Positions 12,901 to 25,004 of a stretch of 52,126 nucleotides of DNA are shown piece by piece (within the stretch, counting starts at the first letter, position 1; each line of letters begins with the position of its first letter). The notes beneath the pieces are model-generated. The model saw only the letters and a list, made by a program, of their open reading frames with translations, searched no databases and was not told the origin of the DNA. A program made the translations under genes and the position numbers. Source of the stretch: Cystobasidiomycetes sp. EMM_F5 (Eukaryota). The DNA lies in assembly GCA_051047955.1 (NCBI GenBank), contig JBPGPT010000059.1:1-52126 (forward strand), written 5' to 3'.

Positions 12901-15900
12901 ATTGGCATACCGGTTGACCTCGTCTACGGCGGCCGTCAAGACCGCCTCCTCGGGCATTTCGTCCATATACTGCACGCCGACCAAATCACCTTGCTCGCGA
13001 GAAGATCCCGAAACAAACGGATTGCCCAGAGCAGCAATGATAGCCGTAATATAGTAGGCGTCCGAAAACTACATCAAATCCAAGATCAGCTCAGAACCTG
13101 GACAGAAGGATTGAGCTTACATTGTTTTGCTCGTTATCGTTATATTTCAGCAGATTGACCAGAAACTGTTGGACTTGCGGAAAAGGGTAGCCCCGCTCAT
13201 CGCGGACGTGCGAGATCGCAATGATAATTGACTACTTGATCAGTCAGGAGCGTATCAAACTCTACTAACACAAGCACACGTACTTTGCGCAGGTGATACT
13301 CCGAGAAATCCGAGAAATCGTTTGGACGGGGAACGCATCGGAAATGGAAAGCATCGAGTGATTCCTTTTCTGGGTCGAAGCAGTAGCGCGTCTGGAATAT
13401 TTTGAAAAGGTAGAAGAGGCCGATGTAGTCTAGACTCTTCGTACATGTCTGGAGGCCATCGAGTAGTCAGCCAAGCGTTAATGAGGTATCGTGCCAATTA
13501 CTTACTGAAACCAAAGCGAGAGCAGCTTCTGTTCGGATGCGATAAAAGTAGTTTGGGACCAGCACCGTTTTAGCCAGAATACTGGAAACAATGCTGGTTT
13601 TGAGTCGAGCGAGTGCGTGGACAGCTTCAAGCTGAGCCACGACATCTCTGTCACGCTGAAGTTGTGATATCCACATAAAGTCTGGTTGTTCAAAGGAGAA
13701 GGTAGCGATCCATTCAAATTCGGTATCGATACGGATCCATTCGTAGACTGCTTGTTCTTGCGCTTTTTCATCTTCTTCGGACCAATCTGCTACTTTCCAA
13801 GCTTCGCGATTTCTTGGCGTGGCTGGATTCACGGCATCGTCCCATAGAGGCAAAGCAAAACTCGTATCGGTGTGACCTATAGCTTCCATGGCCTCTACAT
13901 CACCATTCGCGGCAGCTTCTTCTGCAGCCTTGCGCGCTTGAAATCGTTTTGTAGACCGCCGAATACGCTTGTACTTCGTGTTGAAGCCGACTTCGTGCTT
14001 CTTATACATTTCACGAATGTCAATAACATGCTCGTACGGCGTGCCATCGGCCTCGTGAATTCGTACAGTCATCTGCCCTTCAAAGGTGGAGACAGGTCGC
14101 AGGTTGACCTTTTCGGCCCAGTCTGCTTGCTCTGCATACTTGGCAGCAGGACTTTCTTGCTTGATTGCAAGCTCCACGGCCATACGTTTCCGGTTGAAAT
14201 TGGCGGTAATATGGAAGCGCGGGCATCCGGCAGCATAGATCCACTGCTCCGCAAATCCTCGCAAGTCCGTCCCCGAAACCTTTCTACACATTCGTAAAAA
14301 GTTGTGCGTGGACAGAAGATTTTCCTTGAGGTCGCCAGAGATGGCAGACAGGAACAGCTTTGGTATGACGCGAGACAGGCCATTGTGGGTACCAGCTTTG
14401 AGCAACTGACGGTCTAGAATATGCATGACCAAAGGTGATTTGAGATTGATGAAAGGCATAACCTCCTGCGACGGCGGCTGTAGGATACCTGGCTGACAGA
14501 GCGGCGCCATTCTTTCATCCCAAGCACAACAGCGAGTGACGTCCTTCTTCAGACGGAATCGATACTCGTTGTTGCCCATCAATTTACGCATACACAGAGC
14601 GTTGACCCAGAGTGACAGTCCTTGAATGAGCCAAGTATCTGCCCACGTCTTCTGTATAATGTTTATACCGATCCATTGCGCAGCAAGCGAGTACGTGAGT
14701 GCTTGTCGCGTCTCATACGCTTGGTCAATCGCACTAGACGGGTAGAGCAACTCTGTCGAAAACATGGCCAACGCCGCGGAATTGAACAACGTGAAGGGTG
14801 CATCATCGAGGAAAATCATCTTGAAGGAGCTGAAGGGGTATGAGCCCAATTCCTCCAGGTAGAAGCCCAAAGACCTCGTCATAAAGGACACGGTGTTTTG
14901 CAACTCTTCCTCTCGGCCGGGCAAGCAGAAAGCATGCATTTGTAACTGCCCTTCTGCTTCAGCTACTTCTGCCTCCCCGACTGCTTCCGGGTCTGGATCC
15001 TCTGCAGCCAAGAGTTCGGCCTCTCGTGCTTTCTGAGCCAATGGCGAGATGTCGAGTATGCTGAACGGGCCGTACGCGAAAGCGATATGCTGTACAGTGG
15101 TTGGGGTCGCCTGCGAGTAATAAAAGATGGTCTTGTTGGGATTGTGCGGATGTGTCACCTGTATATTCGTAGAGTACCTATTGTTTAGTTGAAAAACGAG
15201 AAAGGTTAAGCCAAACCGCCTTACCTGCTCTACCAATTCTCCGCTTGCGATGACATACAACGGAAACTCCTCCACCTCGATACCCCTTTCTGTGTCTTGC
15301 TCAAAGCTGATTACGCTTGCGATGCTGAAGATCAACTCCCATGTGCATCTTTCCCAGAGTGCATCTACACAAGGCACCCAACATCTGGCAGAATCAGCAG
15401 TAGCCGCTGAAGTATAGCAGTGAGGTGTTCGCTGGCAGTGCGGAGCCTATCAGCAGATGTATGCCTGTATTGCTATGCGCTGCTCACGTGAGGATACAGT
15501 TCGCTGGGCTTTACGACATGGATGCCGTCTCGAGGATCTCGAATATCGTACTCAATCAGTATTTGGATAGAATCATACTCTGGTTCTTTCCCAGCAGCTT
15601 TTGCAGTTGGGTCGGGCGAGGCTGCGCCTGTCGATCATGCGTATTGGCAGTCAGCGGGCGAACGACAGAGCGAGCTGCGTTGAAACACACCATCGACGCC
15701 ATTAGCTTGCGGAGCTAGACTGCCATCGCGAGTAGTGTTGGAAGTATTCGTCCGCCTGACAGTGCCTGCAGGAATGGATATCGCCAACTCTCCTTCCTCT
15801 GCCTCGTTTGTCGCTTGAAAAAGCCGTCGCTTGAACTCGGGATAGGTCGAGCGGATATTGTTGGATGCTATGGGCGTTGTTACAGCAGTCTGAATCGGTG

Positions 15901-16287
15901 TGCCAAGATGGAAGGCAAGAGCATTGCCAGACGATGAAAGCTTGACGGCCTTGATGTCTGCGAGGAGTCGGATATATCAAACGTTTATCCTTTGCAAGTG
16001 GACTCGACAAAGCCACTAACAGCACTCCCGCGAGTTTAGGAAGAGGGTCTTGAGGTTTGCATCGGTTGGCTGTATCGTCAACTCGGTGTAGCCCTGAGGA
16101 ATATCGTCGAAAGACTGTCAGTCCGGCAACGCCTTTCGAGGACAACCGCAGCGCACCGAGGCATGGCCATTGAGATCTACATCGAGAACGACCTTCTGAT
16201 GCGATCTTGAGCAGTGTCGTGGGTGTCAGTTCATGATTCGCGATAAAGAGCGCCGTATTGCCCGTACAGTGTGAAACCCTTGCCCAT
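9929..16287 (-). CDS. TAF2: TFIID subunit 2 (inactive M1-aminopeptidase fold) with three C-terminal bromodomains
   Basis: Start MGKGFT|LSHQKVVLDVD. Conserved blocks WVPCVDALWERCTWEL, degenerate Zn motif YSLAAQWIG, LMGNNEYRFRLK, MTVRIHEADGTPYEH, EWIRIDTEFEWI and QLQRDRDVVAQLEA. In-frame splicing continues into three bromodomains (PVDP...PMDL...NC..FN). Confidence 0.93.
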
Positions 16288-17108
16288 CTAGCCAGCGAGA
16301 GCCAGTCCAACTAGCCAGCCAGCTCAGCCTCGATGCCCCGTACACCTTCAGCTCGACCGACTGCCGCTCCTCTCAAGTCTCGTCCGCTTCCGTCTGGCTG
16401 GCTTGCAGGTCGGTTGTCGCTGATCAGACGGCGAGCAAATTGGCAAGTATGGCTTCGAATTGCCCTGACTGCCGACTCAGTATGGCATGCAGACCAGGTC
16501 TTTGTCACAACATATGTCGACTCTATGTGCCAAGCGCTAGTCTGCTGCTTGATGTCGCTGCTGTCGCTGCTATGTGACCCGTCAATTGCGATTGCATGAT
16601 GTCGCCGTTCGCATTGTCGGGATTGCATGCGTCTAAAAGCATCATTATCAATGTATAATCGATTGCGTCCACCAACGTTGCCCTGTTTTCATCGCGGGCA
16701 ACGGACCTCAACCAGCTTTGACGTTGTATATACGTCTGTTCTGGAAGCACGCGCACCCGGAATATTGCGTCCACACGACAGCTGTGAGGTGAGGCGATTA
16801 ACGAGTACAGCACAGGATAGATATCGGTGCGCGCATCTGCAAGAGCTCCTTGACGGGATGATGGAATCTTGTGAAACGCGTTATATTGCGTTACGTAATG
16901 CAGCTCTTTTTCGTGCGTACACTGACGATTTGGGTATACTCGAGCAATGTGGCAGTCCCATCAACCTTGCTTGTCCGCAAGTACATCTTGATGCCTACAC
17001 CTGTACGCGTCGTGCTGTATGTGTAATTTAATCATCCGGATATTTCGGCACACGGTACGGTCTATATTCTCTCGGGAACAACGTCGTTTGCTTTCCTAGC
17101 CATCTGCG

Positions 17109-18379
17109 ATGAAGAAGGCAATCGCACTATGTTCCATTGGACGGGCGTTTGCTGGACACACAGTCCCCGACAAGCTTCGCGCCATCAAAAATGCCGGCTT
17201 TGACGGCATCGAAATGTTTACAGAGGATCTCGAAACATTCGCCCATCAATTGTCATCACGCAAAGACTTGCCTTTCAGCTCGAGCTTCACTGCAACACCT
17301 ACTAATCTACCAGATATGCAAGATATGCTCCATGCGGCTCGCGAAGCCAAGCGCTTATGTGGAGAGCTCGGATTGTCAATCATTAATTATCAGCCATTTA
17401 TGCTCTGTACGAATTCGGTTACAACCCTTCCCTATTAACCTGATTGACAAATTGTATCACCAGATGAGGGCGACTTGAACAAGGAGCGTGCAGAGAAAAA
17501 GTGGCAGGAAGCTCTGCGGTTCATCGAGTTGTGTGTCGAGCTCGGCGCACCAATTATGCAAATGCCTTGTCAGTATCGTAAAGATACATCAGGAGATGAC
17601 GATGTCATCGTGCGGGATCTGCAGAGGCTGGCAGATTATGCCAAGCAATACGATATAACGATTGCTTGGGAGGTGAGAGGCGCTTCACTTCGAACAAAGT
17701 ATTCGACTGACGACTGTCCCTCAGATGATAGCATGGGGAGCTCATATCGATACTTGGCAACGCATGTGGAAGCTGATTCAGCTGGTTGACCGGTCAAATG
17801 TGGGAATTCTGTTGGATACGGCTCATGTATGTCATTGCATGGTGTAAAATGTCTCTGTCACCTGCTTCTGACGCAAACAGGGCAGATACTGGGTCGTCTA
17901 TACTGCGATCCTACCCAATCGAGCGGGATAAGGGGCGGAGACGAACAAGCGGCCTTACAGACCGTCACGTCGTCTATGGATGAGCTGGCTCGAACAATTC
18001 CGGCCGACAAGATAGTCTATGTCCAACTATCGGACATTATGCGACCTGAGCCTGGCGAGCCTTTAAGTCCCACACACCGATTCTGGGATGAAAACCTATT
18101 TGGCCCGCTTCATATGTGGTCGCGCAATGGGAGGCCATAGTCAGTCAGACTCAGTGATCACGCAACAAACATTGGCTGATGTGTTGAAAAAGTCCTTACG
18201 AAGGGTACGCGCCAGTCGAGCTTTGTGCGAAAGCGATTGCAAAGACTGGTTTCCAAGGGTGGTGGTCGCTGGAAACATTCACAGAGGAGATCAAGGTTGA
18301 AGGCAAAGCAATTCCTGCGGAGCAAGCACGAAGAGCAATGTTAAGTATACGCCAAATCGAAGCTGCCATAAGTCAATAA
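17109..18379 (+). CDS. Xylose-isomerase-like TIM barrel, probably 3-dehydroshikimate dehydratase-like (QutC/Qa-4 type)
   Basis: GFDGIEMFTEDL, DLQRLADYA..IAWE, NVGILLDTAH, DKIVYVQLSD, MWSRNGRPYP and GFQGWWSLETF. Several GT-AG introns; stop TAA at 18377-18379. Substrate is inferred. Confidence 0.75.
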
Positions 18380-18486
18380 ATCGAACAAAGCAATAGTGCG
18401 AAGTTGTGTATCATCCTAAGATAGTCAGGCCGCAGCCTTATCCTTTGTCATTGGAAGAACTCGGGTAGTCTGAGGATGACAAGCAA

Positions 18487-19041
18487 TTACTTTCCCTCTA
18501 CCTGAGCAACATTGCCATTTGCTGATAGACCGAAACCAAAGTAGTTGCCCAATCCGTCTTTGATCTCACCGGTGTACACGATGACGCCGGTCGGGTTCAT
18601 AGCGCGCAGTTTCGCAACGACTTCTGCTATACCATTCGCCATAGAAGTCCGGCCGGAGACTATGGCGACATACGCGATATCCTCGCCAGACTCTTTGATG
18701 AGGTTGGCCATGTCGCTGACTTTGCCAGACTTGCTGCTACTGACGTGAAGAAGCCAAGCCTCATCGACTTGACCATTGACGAGCTTTGTGACGATGATAC
18801 AGATGCATTGGAATTGGCCGGTCGTCATGATTCCAGGATTGCCATCCCGTACAAAGTGGCCGATCTCGCCAGTCTTGACTGTTATCCAGCCAGCACTGCG
18901 CAGGTCTTCAGCTTGACCGAACGAGACTTGCGGGTCATGGGACGTTGGCGCCGGAGGGTCCTTGCTAATGTTGAGCGGTGTGTTCAGAACGGAATTCTTG
19001 TCGGTGACGGTGTAGGACCAATTATACATGGCTAGGAGCAC
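18487..19041 (-). CDS. Uncharacterised protein, putative CheD/CNF1-like Cys-His deamidase fold; 5' end uncertain
   Basis: Uninterrupted 184-codon ORF with first in-frame ATG at 19029. An upstream acceptor (gttcgcag) and a gtgagt donor near 19131 suggest an earlier exon. Motif TVKTGE..NPGIMTTGQFQC-x19-H. The ORF is well supported; the fold is inferred. Confidence 0.6.
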   Translation of the reverse strand: MLLAMYNWSYTVTDKNSVLNTPLNISKDPPAPTSHDPQVSFGQAEDLRSAGWITVKTGEIGHFVRDGNPGIMTTGQFQCICIIVTKLVNGQVDEAWLLHVSSSKSGKVSDMANLIKESGEDIAYVAIVSGRTSMANGIAEVVAKLRAMNPTGVIVYTGEIKDGLGNYFGFGLSANGNVAQVEGK

Positions 19042-19505
19042 GAGTAGCGCGTTGACGTTTCTGCGAACAAGTCACTATACGTCAGCCTCGTTTGCCATCA
19101 GGGCGGCGTAGGCTGGAGGTGCCCCACTCACCTGATCTGACAGAATGAGCTCAATGAGATGGAAGGCTGTTAGCGGTACAGTACAGAGTGACCTGCAGAT
19201 CAGTGCAGGACAACAGCACAGCGGGTTTGTTTAGGTTGAACATTATTCGTAAACCGTTGGAAAGGCAGGGACGAGGACGTGACATATCACGTAACACCAT
19301 CGTATTTCCGATAATTAGTCGTGAAGCAGCGTTGCGAGAGTAGGCGGTAGTAGAGTGAAGTTGTCGCGTTTGGGAGCGCATCTGGACAACCGACCGTGAC
19401 TGCGATCGATGTGATTTGATGCACGTCGCGAGGGTTTCACAGTACTGGTGGTATGACAGCTCCTGCTCCGCATAATTCTGACACGTCTCCATCCGTACGC
19501 TCATC

Positions 19506-20453
19506 ATGCCTTCAAAAGCTAACATCGAGAAGCGCAAACGTTCCCCGACCCCTCCGACGTCATCCGACGATGTCAAGAAGATACTGCACTTTCTCCTCAA
19601 TGACGCTGCATCTCAGTTTGGTGCTGGGAAAGGAGCTGCACAGCCAAATCTCTTTGACATTCTGACAGAGTCCTCCGAATATACTCCGTTCCAGAATCTC
19701 ATCATGTCTGTCGTCATGAGCAAGCCGATTTCGTCCAGACTCGGCTCGCGGACGTTATTGACATTGTTCAGTGATGATGTTGACTTTACGAATCCCGCAA
19801 AGATCCGTGATGCTGGAGATGACGGACGGTGATTGCTTTTACCCAGTATATAGAGCACCAAGCTGACTTTGCCGGCATAGATATGATGCACTCTCCAAGG
19901 CACGTACGCAGCACAAGGATAAAACGAGTACACAGCTCGGAAGACTTGCCGACAAAGTCATTGAAGAGTACGCCGACAATGAGAAAGACACGAGTCTGCA
20001 AAAAATGAGAGACGCAGCGAATGGGAGTGCAGAGGAGATTGGCAGGATTGTGAAGGACTTTTACGGGTTTGGGCAAACCGCAGTGGACGTCTTTAGCAGA
20101 CGCATGCAAGGCGAATGGTCGGAACTTTATCCGTGTGTTCATGATTCCAGAATGCGACTGCCACAAACTGACTTCTTCCCAGATGTGCTGATGAGCGCGC
20201 TCTAAACGCTGCTGCTCATCTCGGATTGGAACATGACAGTGCTCAAAGCCTTGCAAAGCAGATCGACAATGTCCTAGGCGACAAGGACGAAAACGCACGC
20301 CATAAGCAATTCGCACAAATCGTTGACGCGCTCGTGGCCGTTGATCTTGAGCATCGATACGAGGATCTGCTAAATAGCATAGATAAGACAGAAGCCCCGC
20401 CTGCAGAAGAAGCAAAAAAGCCGCCCAAAAAGGCTGCGAAGAAGAGTAAATAG
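19506..20453 (+). CDS. HhH-GPD / endonuclease III-like DNA glycosylase-fold protein without an Fe-S cluster
   Basis: PFQNLIMSVVMSKPISSRLG, ARTQHKDKT, HhH-like KDFYGFGQTAVDVFSRRMQ, and spliced ELYP|CADERAL providing the GPD-like Asp. Basic N- and C-termini; 2 introns. Confidence 0.65.
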
Positions 20454-20540
20454 AAATGAAAAAACACGCGCTTTATGCTACATCAGATCACATTGTCATC
20501 TAGAATACAGGCATATACTACTGCATCTAACACGAATTTC

Positions 20541-21455
20541 CTACCTGCTCGCACCGTACAGCAAGCCAAGAACTGAACCGATAAGTCCCGCTATCCATGG
20601 GTTGGCATGCGCTTTGAAAGTTGCAATCTTGGCCTGCTGCGCTTGCGCCTGCTCTTCCTCGGCTGTTACATCTACGCCAGTCCAGAACGCTCTGATGAAA
20701 TTGCCTCCTACAGCTTCCCGCAGACCAAAGTCTGTCAAGAATGCTTGCAGGTTGAAATGCAGGCGCGAGCCCGTAAGTGTCCGAGGGAAAACCGGTGGTA
20801 GAAATAATACTGGCTGTTCAAACAGTAGGAAGACATATCTGTCAAAGTCAAGAAGCTCCATGTCAGCATGGGCAGACCTGGTTGTATCGTAAACGTGCCT
20901 ATGATGAAGCGGGCCCTCTGGCGGATTCGGCCGCGAATATCTTGCACTTATAAATCCGCTCTGCAACATGTTTGTCTCGGAGTCGAAGTAGACGTCTGAC
21001 AGCTGTGCAGATAGTCAGCAGATGCGCCGGTCGCTGCATTTGATCCCGACAACAACGTACCATCCAATGCAGTGCGCAGGATTGGCTAGTGTGAATAGCA
21101 GACGCGTCCGGATCGATCATCAATAGTAGATATGGCGGGCCAGCTGGTGCGCCCTTGGTAACGTTGACTGATGGACCGTCAGCTATGTCGTCTAGTCGTT
21201 GGATAAGCCTAATGCGTGCAACTCACAACCTATGAGTGGCTGGGCCACTAAACGCTCCGCAGCAAACTGCTGCGCTCCACCAACGTCTATCCCATCGTAT
21301 ATTACATGCATATACCCTCTTGGCTCGAAACTGGGTATCACTTGCGGAATTACCAGAGAGCCGCCCATGCTGGCTTTCTGCGCCTGAGGGTCATAGTCGG
21401 CATTCACGCAGCGGCATATCGCGAGAGCTGTTACAGCGAGCAGGGCTCTCAACAT
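20541..21455 (-). CDS. PEBP (phosphatidylethanolamine-binding protein) family, with signal peptide and C-terminal hydrophobic anchor
   Basis: N-terminal MLRALLAVTALA; YLLLMIDPDA, LHWM, YSRPNPPEG..HHR|YVFLLFEQP, FNLQAF; C-terminal WIAGLIGSVLGLLY. Confidence 0.85.
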
Positions 21456-21573
21456 GGTGAAAGTTGTCCGGTGCGCAAAGTCTCGGTGGCGACATTGGAA
21501 TCAAACCCTCGTTTCTGACATGGCATAACTCCATACATTGGATATTTGTAGCGAATTCACCTGCTACACTGTA

Positions 21574-23179
21574 TTATGCGGCATCAGACATCTTCCGCAA
21601 TGCCCTCATTGTCCTCTTAGCGAATATAGGTAGGGTATCGTAGCGCTCACGAGCGAGGTTATAAGAGTCTCGCATGGCAGACTCCGTATCGCTACTGATC
21701 CAACTTTGGAGCGCTTGAAGTTCGCCTGGTGTTCCTTCCATCCGGCTATCTTGAGAAATTCGATTCCACTGTCTAGGTGGAATTCATGCGCAAAGAATGC
21801 TGGATCCGTCCTCCGCAAGTGCTCACGCAACTCCACAAATTTCTCACGCTCGTCTGCGGCTGCGGCTATCTGCGCAAGCGCAATCTGTTGAGCAGTCCGT
21901 TGCTGAGGCGCTGGTAGCGGGACTTGAGGTACTTGAGCCGGTAGGACTATCGCGTTGGCCATAGCAGGTTGAACTGCCGCAGGGGTATCGACGACCGGCT
22001 CCGGAGTATGTAGATTGTCCGATGAAGCATCGACATGTACTGCTTCGTTGACGCTCGCGCGTTCAGTCGTTTTCGTCCCAGCGCGCATACGTCAGAGTTG
22101 GATTGGAGGCCTGTACTTGGCGGTTTCTGTAGGCTGCTGACCCTGTGTCTCTTGGGCATAGTAACTGATTCATCAATGCTGACGTCACGCAATCTTTTGG
22201 CAATGACGTTTCGCGTGTCTGGACTTGCTGCTACGCGGGAGTAGGCCATTCCCTGGACCTCGCCACGCGAATTCCTTATAATACTACTCCTCAGCACACT
22301 CCGCGGGGCTGTACGATGGCTATGATCGACCTTCATAGACGTAGGATGGCTGGCCGATATCTCGCCTTGCGTTCGTACATCATCATCGTCAGCGTACGCA
22401 ACGTCTGATTGCTTGGAACTTGCAGATGACGTTTGCTTGGTCGATGCGCACTTCAGTATAGGCGATTCCTTTTTGACAATGGGCTGTTGTTGCACAGCTT
22501 CGTCTGTGGCCTGATTGCACTTCAGTAGATTTAGCTTGTGAAGCTGTCATCAATAAGGATGTAACTCACGCTCGAAATTGGCTCCCATGCAGCATTGCGA
22601 AATGTAACTCCGATGCCACGAAGAAAAGCTAGACCTTGTGGAGCAGACACTGATAGTCTAAATCTCAAGTCCTGCCTGGCGAATATTGCCGGAGTCCATT
22701 GTCGCAATTCTGTTAAAATTGATTGGGCTCCACGCCATCAAATGGCTGAAGCAAGCATGCAACATGTTCCGGAGACATGTCCGTTGACCCAACATGATAG
22801 AACCCGCGTATACGTTCAGCCGTGACATATTGTCCATATCGCAGATAGCCCTCGGAAGCCAGCCAGTGCAAGGCATAGATTGCCCGGCCCACTCTGTACC
22901 GCTTGATGCGCAGAGAGCCATGTCAATTAGATGTCAGCAACGGACTCAAAGCCTTGTTGAAACTCACGCTGAGACCCTCGACTTCGCTGATAGGGATGCC
23001 TCCAGTGGTCGAAGCCGAAGCGATAAGTTGTCGCATCGCGCTCTGCGGCTTGCTATTGTCATGTTTGAGTAAGTTAATTGGTCGAAACTGTGGACCATTT
23101 GCCGAGCAATCTCGGTAAGTCGTATGTCTGCCGGAATGTGGAGCATGCGTGGTTTGGTTTGCGCGGTAGATCTAGACAT
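21574..23179 (-). pseudogene. Frameshifted third paralog (copy C) of the tandem uncharacterised family
   Basis: Blocks homologous to copies A and B (KPQSAMRQLI; ALHWLASEGYL..LLQPFD..ELRQWTPAIF; LREHLRRTDPAFF..AGW..ALQSW..LPIFAKRTMRAL) can be joined only by frame changes near 23075, 22716, 21715 and probably about 22060. Confidence 0.75.
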
Positions 23180-23399
23180 AATCGCGGTCTGGAGGACTGC
23201 CGAGGGCAATCTGCGCAGATAAAGTGCACATCTTGCTGTCGCTGTCGTACATCTTCTGCGCGTCTACTTCTGAACGGTGTTCGACGGGTTTGAATTGTCG
23301 TTGAGTGAAGCGGGGAACAGCTTCTAGCTGCGCTCCAAATTATCCACGAGCAACTACCGTCACCGGAATATTATTGATTGAGAGCTAGTACTAAGTCTT

Positions 23400-25004
23400 C
23401 TACTCGTCTCTGGCTTGGAAAGCCATAATAGTCCTTCTGACAAAAACCGGAACACATCCATACAGCTCTCGCGCGACATCTTCCAAATCCTTACCTGCTC
23501 TGCCCGGATCCTCACGCATCCACTTCTGTAGTGCCTTGGACTCTTCGTCTTCCGCAGTCCATCCCGCCATATCGAGGAAGTGGAGACTCTTATTCAAATG
23601 GGATACGCTTGAGAAAAAAATTGGCTCCGTTGTCTGCAATAATTCGCGCAATCCCAGTTGCGTCCGCTTATGATCTTCTTGTCCGTTGTGATCATCTGAC
23701 GAATTACGACTGTCTGCGCCTTCTTGAGCTATCGGAGACGGCGCGCGGTCCTCCGCTGCAGAGGGACAAGATGGAAAGCGCTCTTGGCGGGCGGCCTCTG
23801 CGCCTGCTGGAGGATCGTCAGGATCAGTTACAACTTGCCGAAAGAAGACAAGCTCATACTCACCATTTGCTAACACACAAGGGGAGTCTTTCGAGCGTAA
23901 ACTTTTGACCGCTCGACCGTCTGCTTGAGAAAGATCCTCCTCGCACACACTAGATCTTCGCCTTTTAAGCTTGAGTTCCTTACTACGAGAGCTACGGTTG
24001 GCATCGGGGGAATGTTCCGAGACATGTTTGGCAGGTCGTGCAACAGAATCCGATACCTTTACTTGTGGGGTCCGGGGGTCGATGCCTTTCGCTGGCGTTC
24101 TAGCGTCCTCTGTGATAGTCTGCTTTCCTACTCAGTTACTTGTGCGAATTAATTCGTCGTTGTATGTGCATCCTGACGTACCGTCCCCGCACTGGACTCG
24201 AACTCGTCCGGGGTACTATCAATCTGTGGCTTGGGACAATCCTCCCAAGCGGGGACAGTATCGGAAGTATCTTCAATGTTGAAATCTTTCTTTTCCAATG
24301 TATACTGTAGAGCGTGGGTACTTTAGCCAGAACCCCACTGTCTAAAGCATAATTCCCGTGCCTCTTTGATCAATTCCCATTTCCCCTTCCAGCAAACGTT
24401 GGTACCCAAAAGATGACCAAGGCTTCGCTCCAAGCTAAAACGCAGCCTGAATACACGTTTTGTTGTATGGTGGAAACAAGCTGGCTTCCACGTTGTTAAC
24501 TCGTTGCAAAATTTCTTTTTGACATTGTTCAGTGCCCGCGCCGATGTTTTTTTGTCGATTTTGAACGGAAGTAGCAATCGTTTCCGCAGATCCTTGTTGT
24601 TGATGGAGGTGGCGGACATCTTGAAGAGCTCCAGTATTCTTGCAGGTGGGACCCAATGATCCGAAGGTAGGAATTCGCGCGTTTCCAGCCAGAACAAAAC
24701 AGCGACGGCTCTCAGGACCCTCTTTCGCTATAACGCAAGATTATGCAATGAGTTTTTGGCACCTTGTAAACGCGAATGAGTCTTGGAAACGTACCTGGTC
24801 AATCGGGGTACCCTTATCAGCGCTCTTCGTCACAATACTCCGTCGCAAATCGCTCTTGGGATCGCCATTCGCTGCTTCCAGCGCTGCATCGCCCTCAAGT
24901 ATCGTACGAGCGAATGCATCATTGAATACCATTCCTTTTTTGATCGTGAGCCTGAAACCATTCTGTTTTTTGACCTTGTCCTTCTTGGTGATGTTGCCGG
25001 TCAT
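23400..25004 (-). CDS. Uncharacterised tandem family, copy B (middle splice sites uncertain)
   Basis: ORFs 24741..25004, 24323..24697 and 23400..23948 share motifs with copy A: RLTI..MVFN..FAR.IL, FWL...LPS..W, L..W..ACF, LRELL..EP.FF..HL.KSL.FL..AGWT. Confidence 0.7.

Noticed and set aside
16311..17100. Possible small gene or ncRNA in the roughly 800-bp TAF2/dehydratase intergenic region
   Set aside because: The ORFs lack recognisable motifs, and no convincing C/D boxes or tRNA structure were seen.
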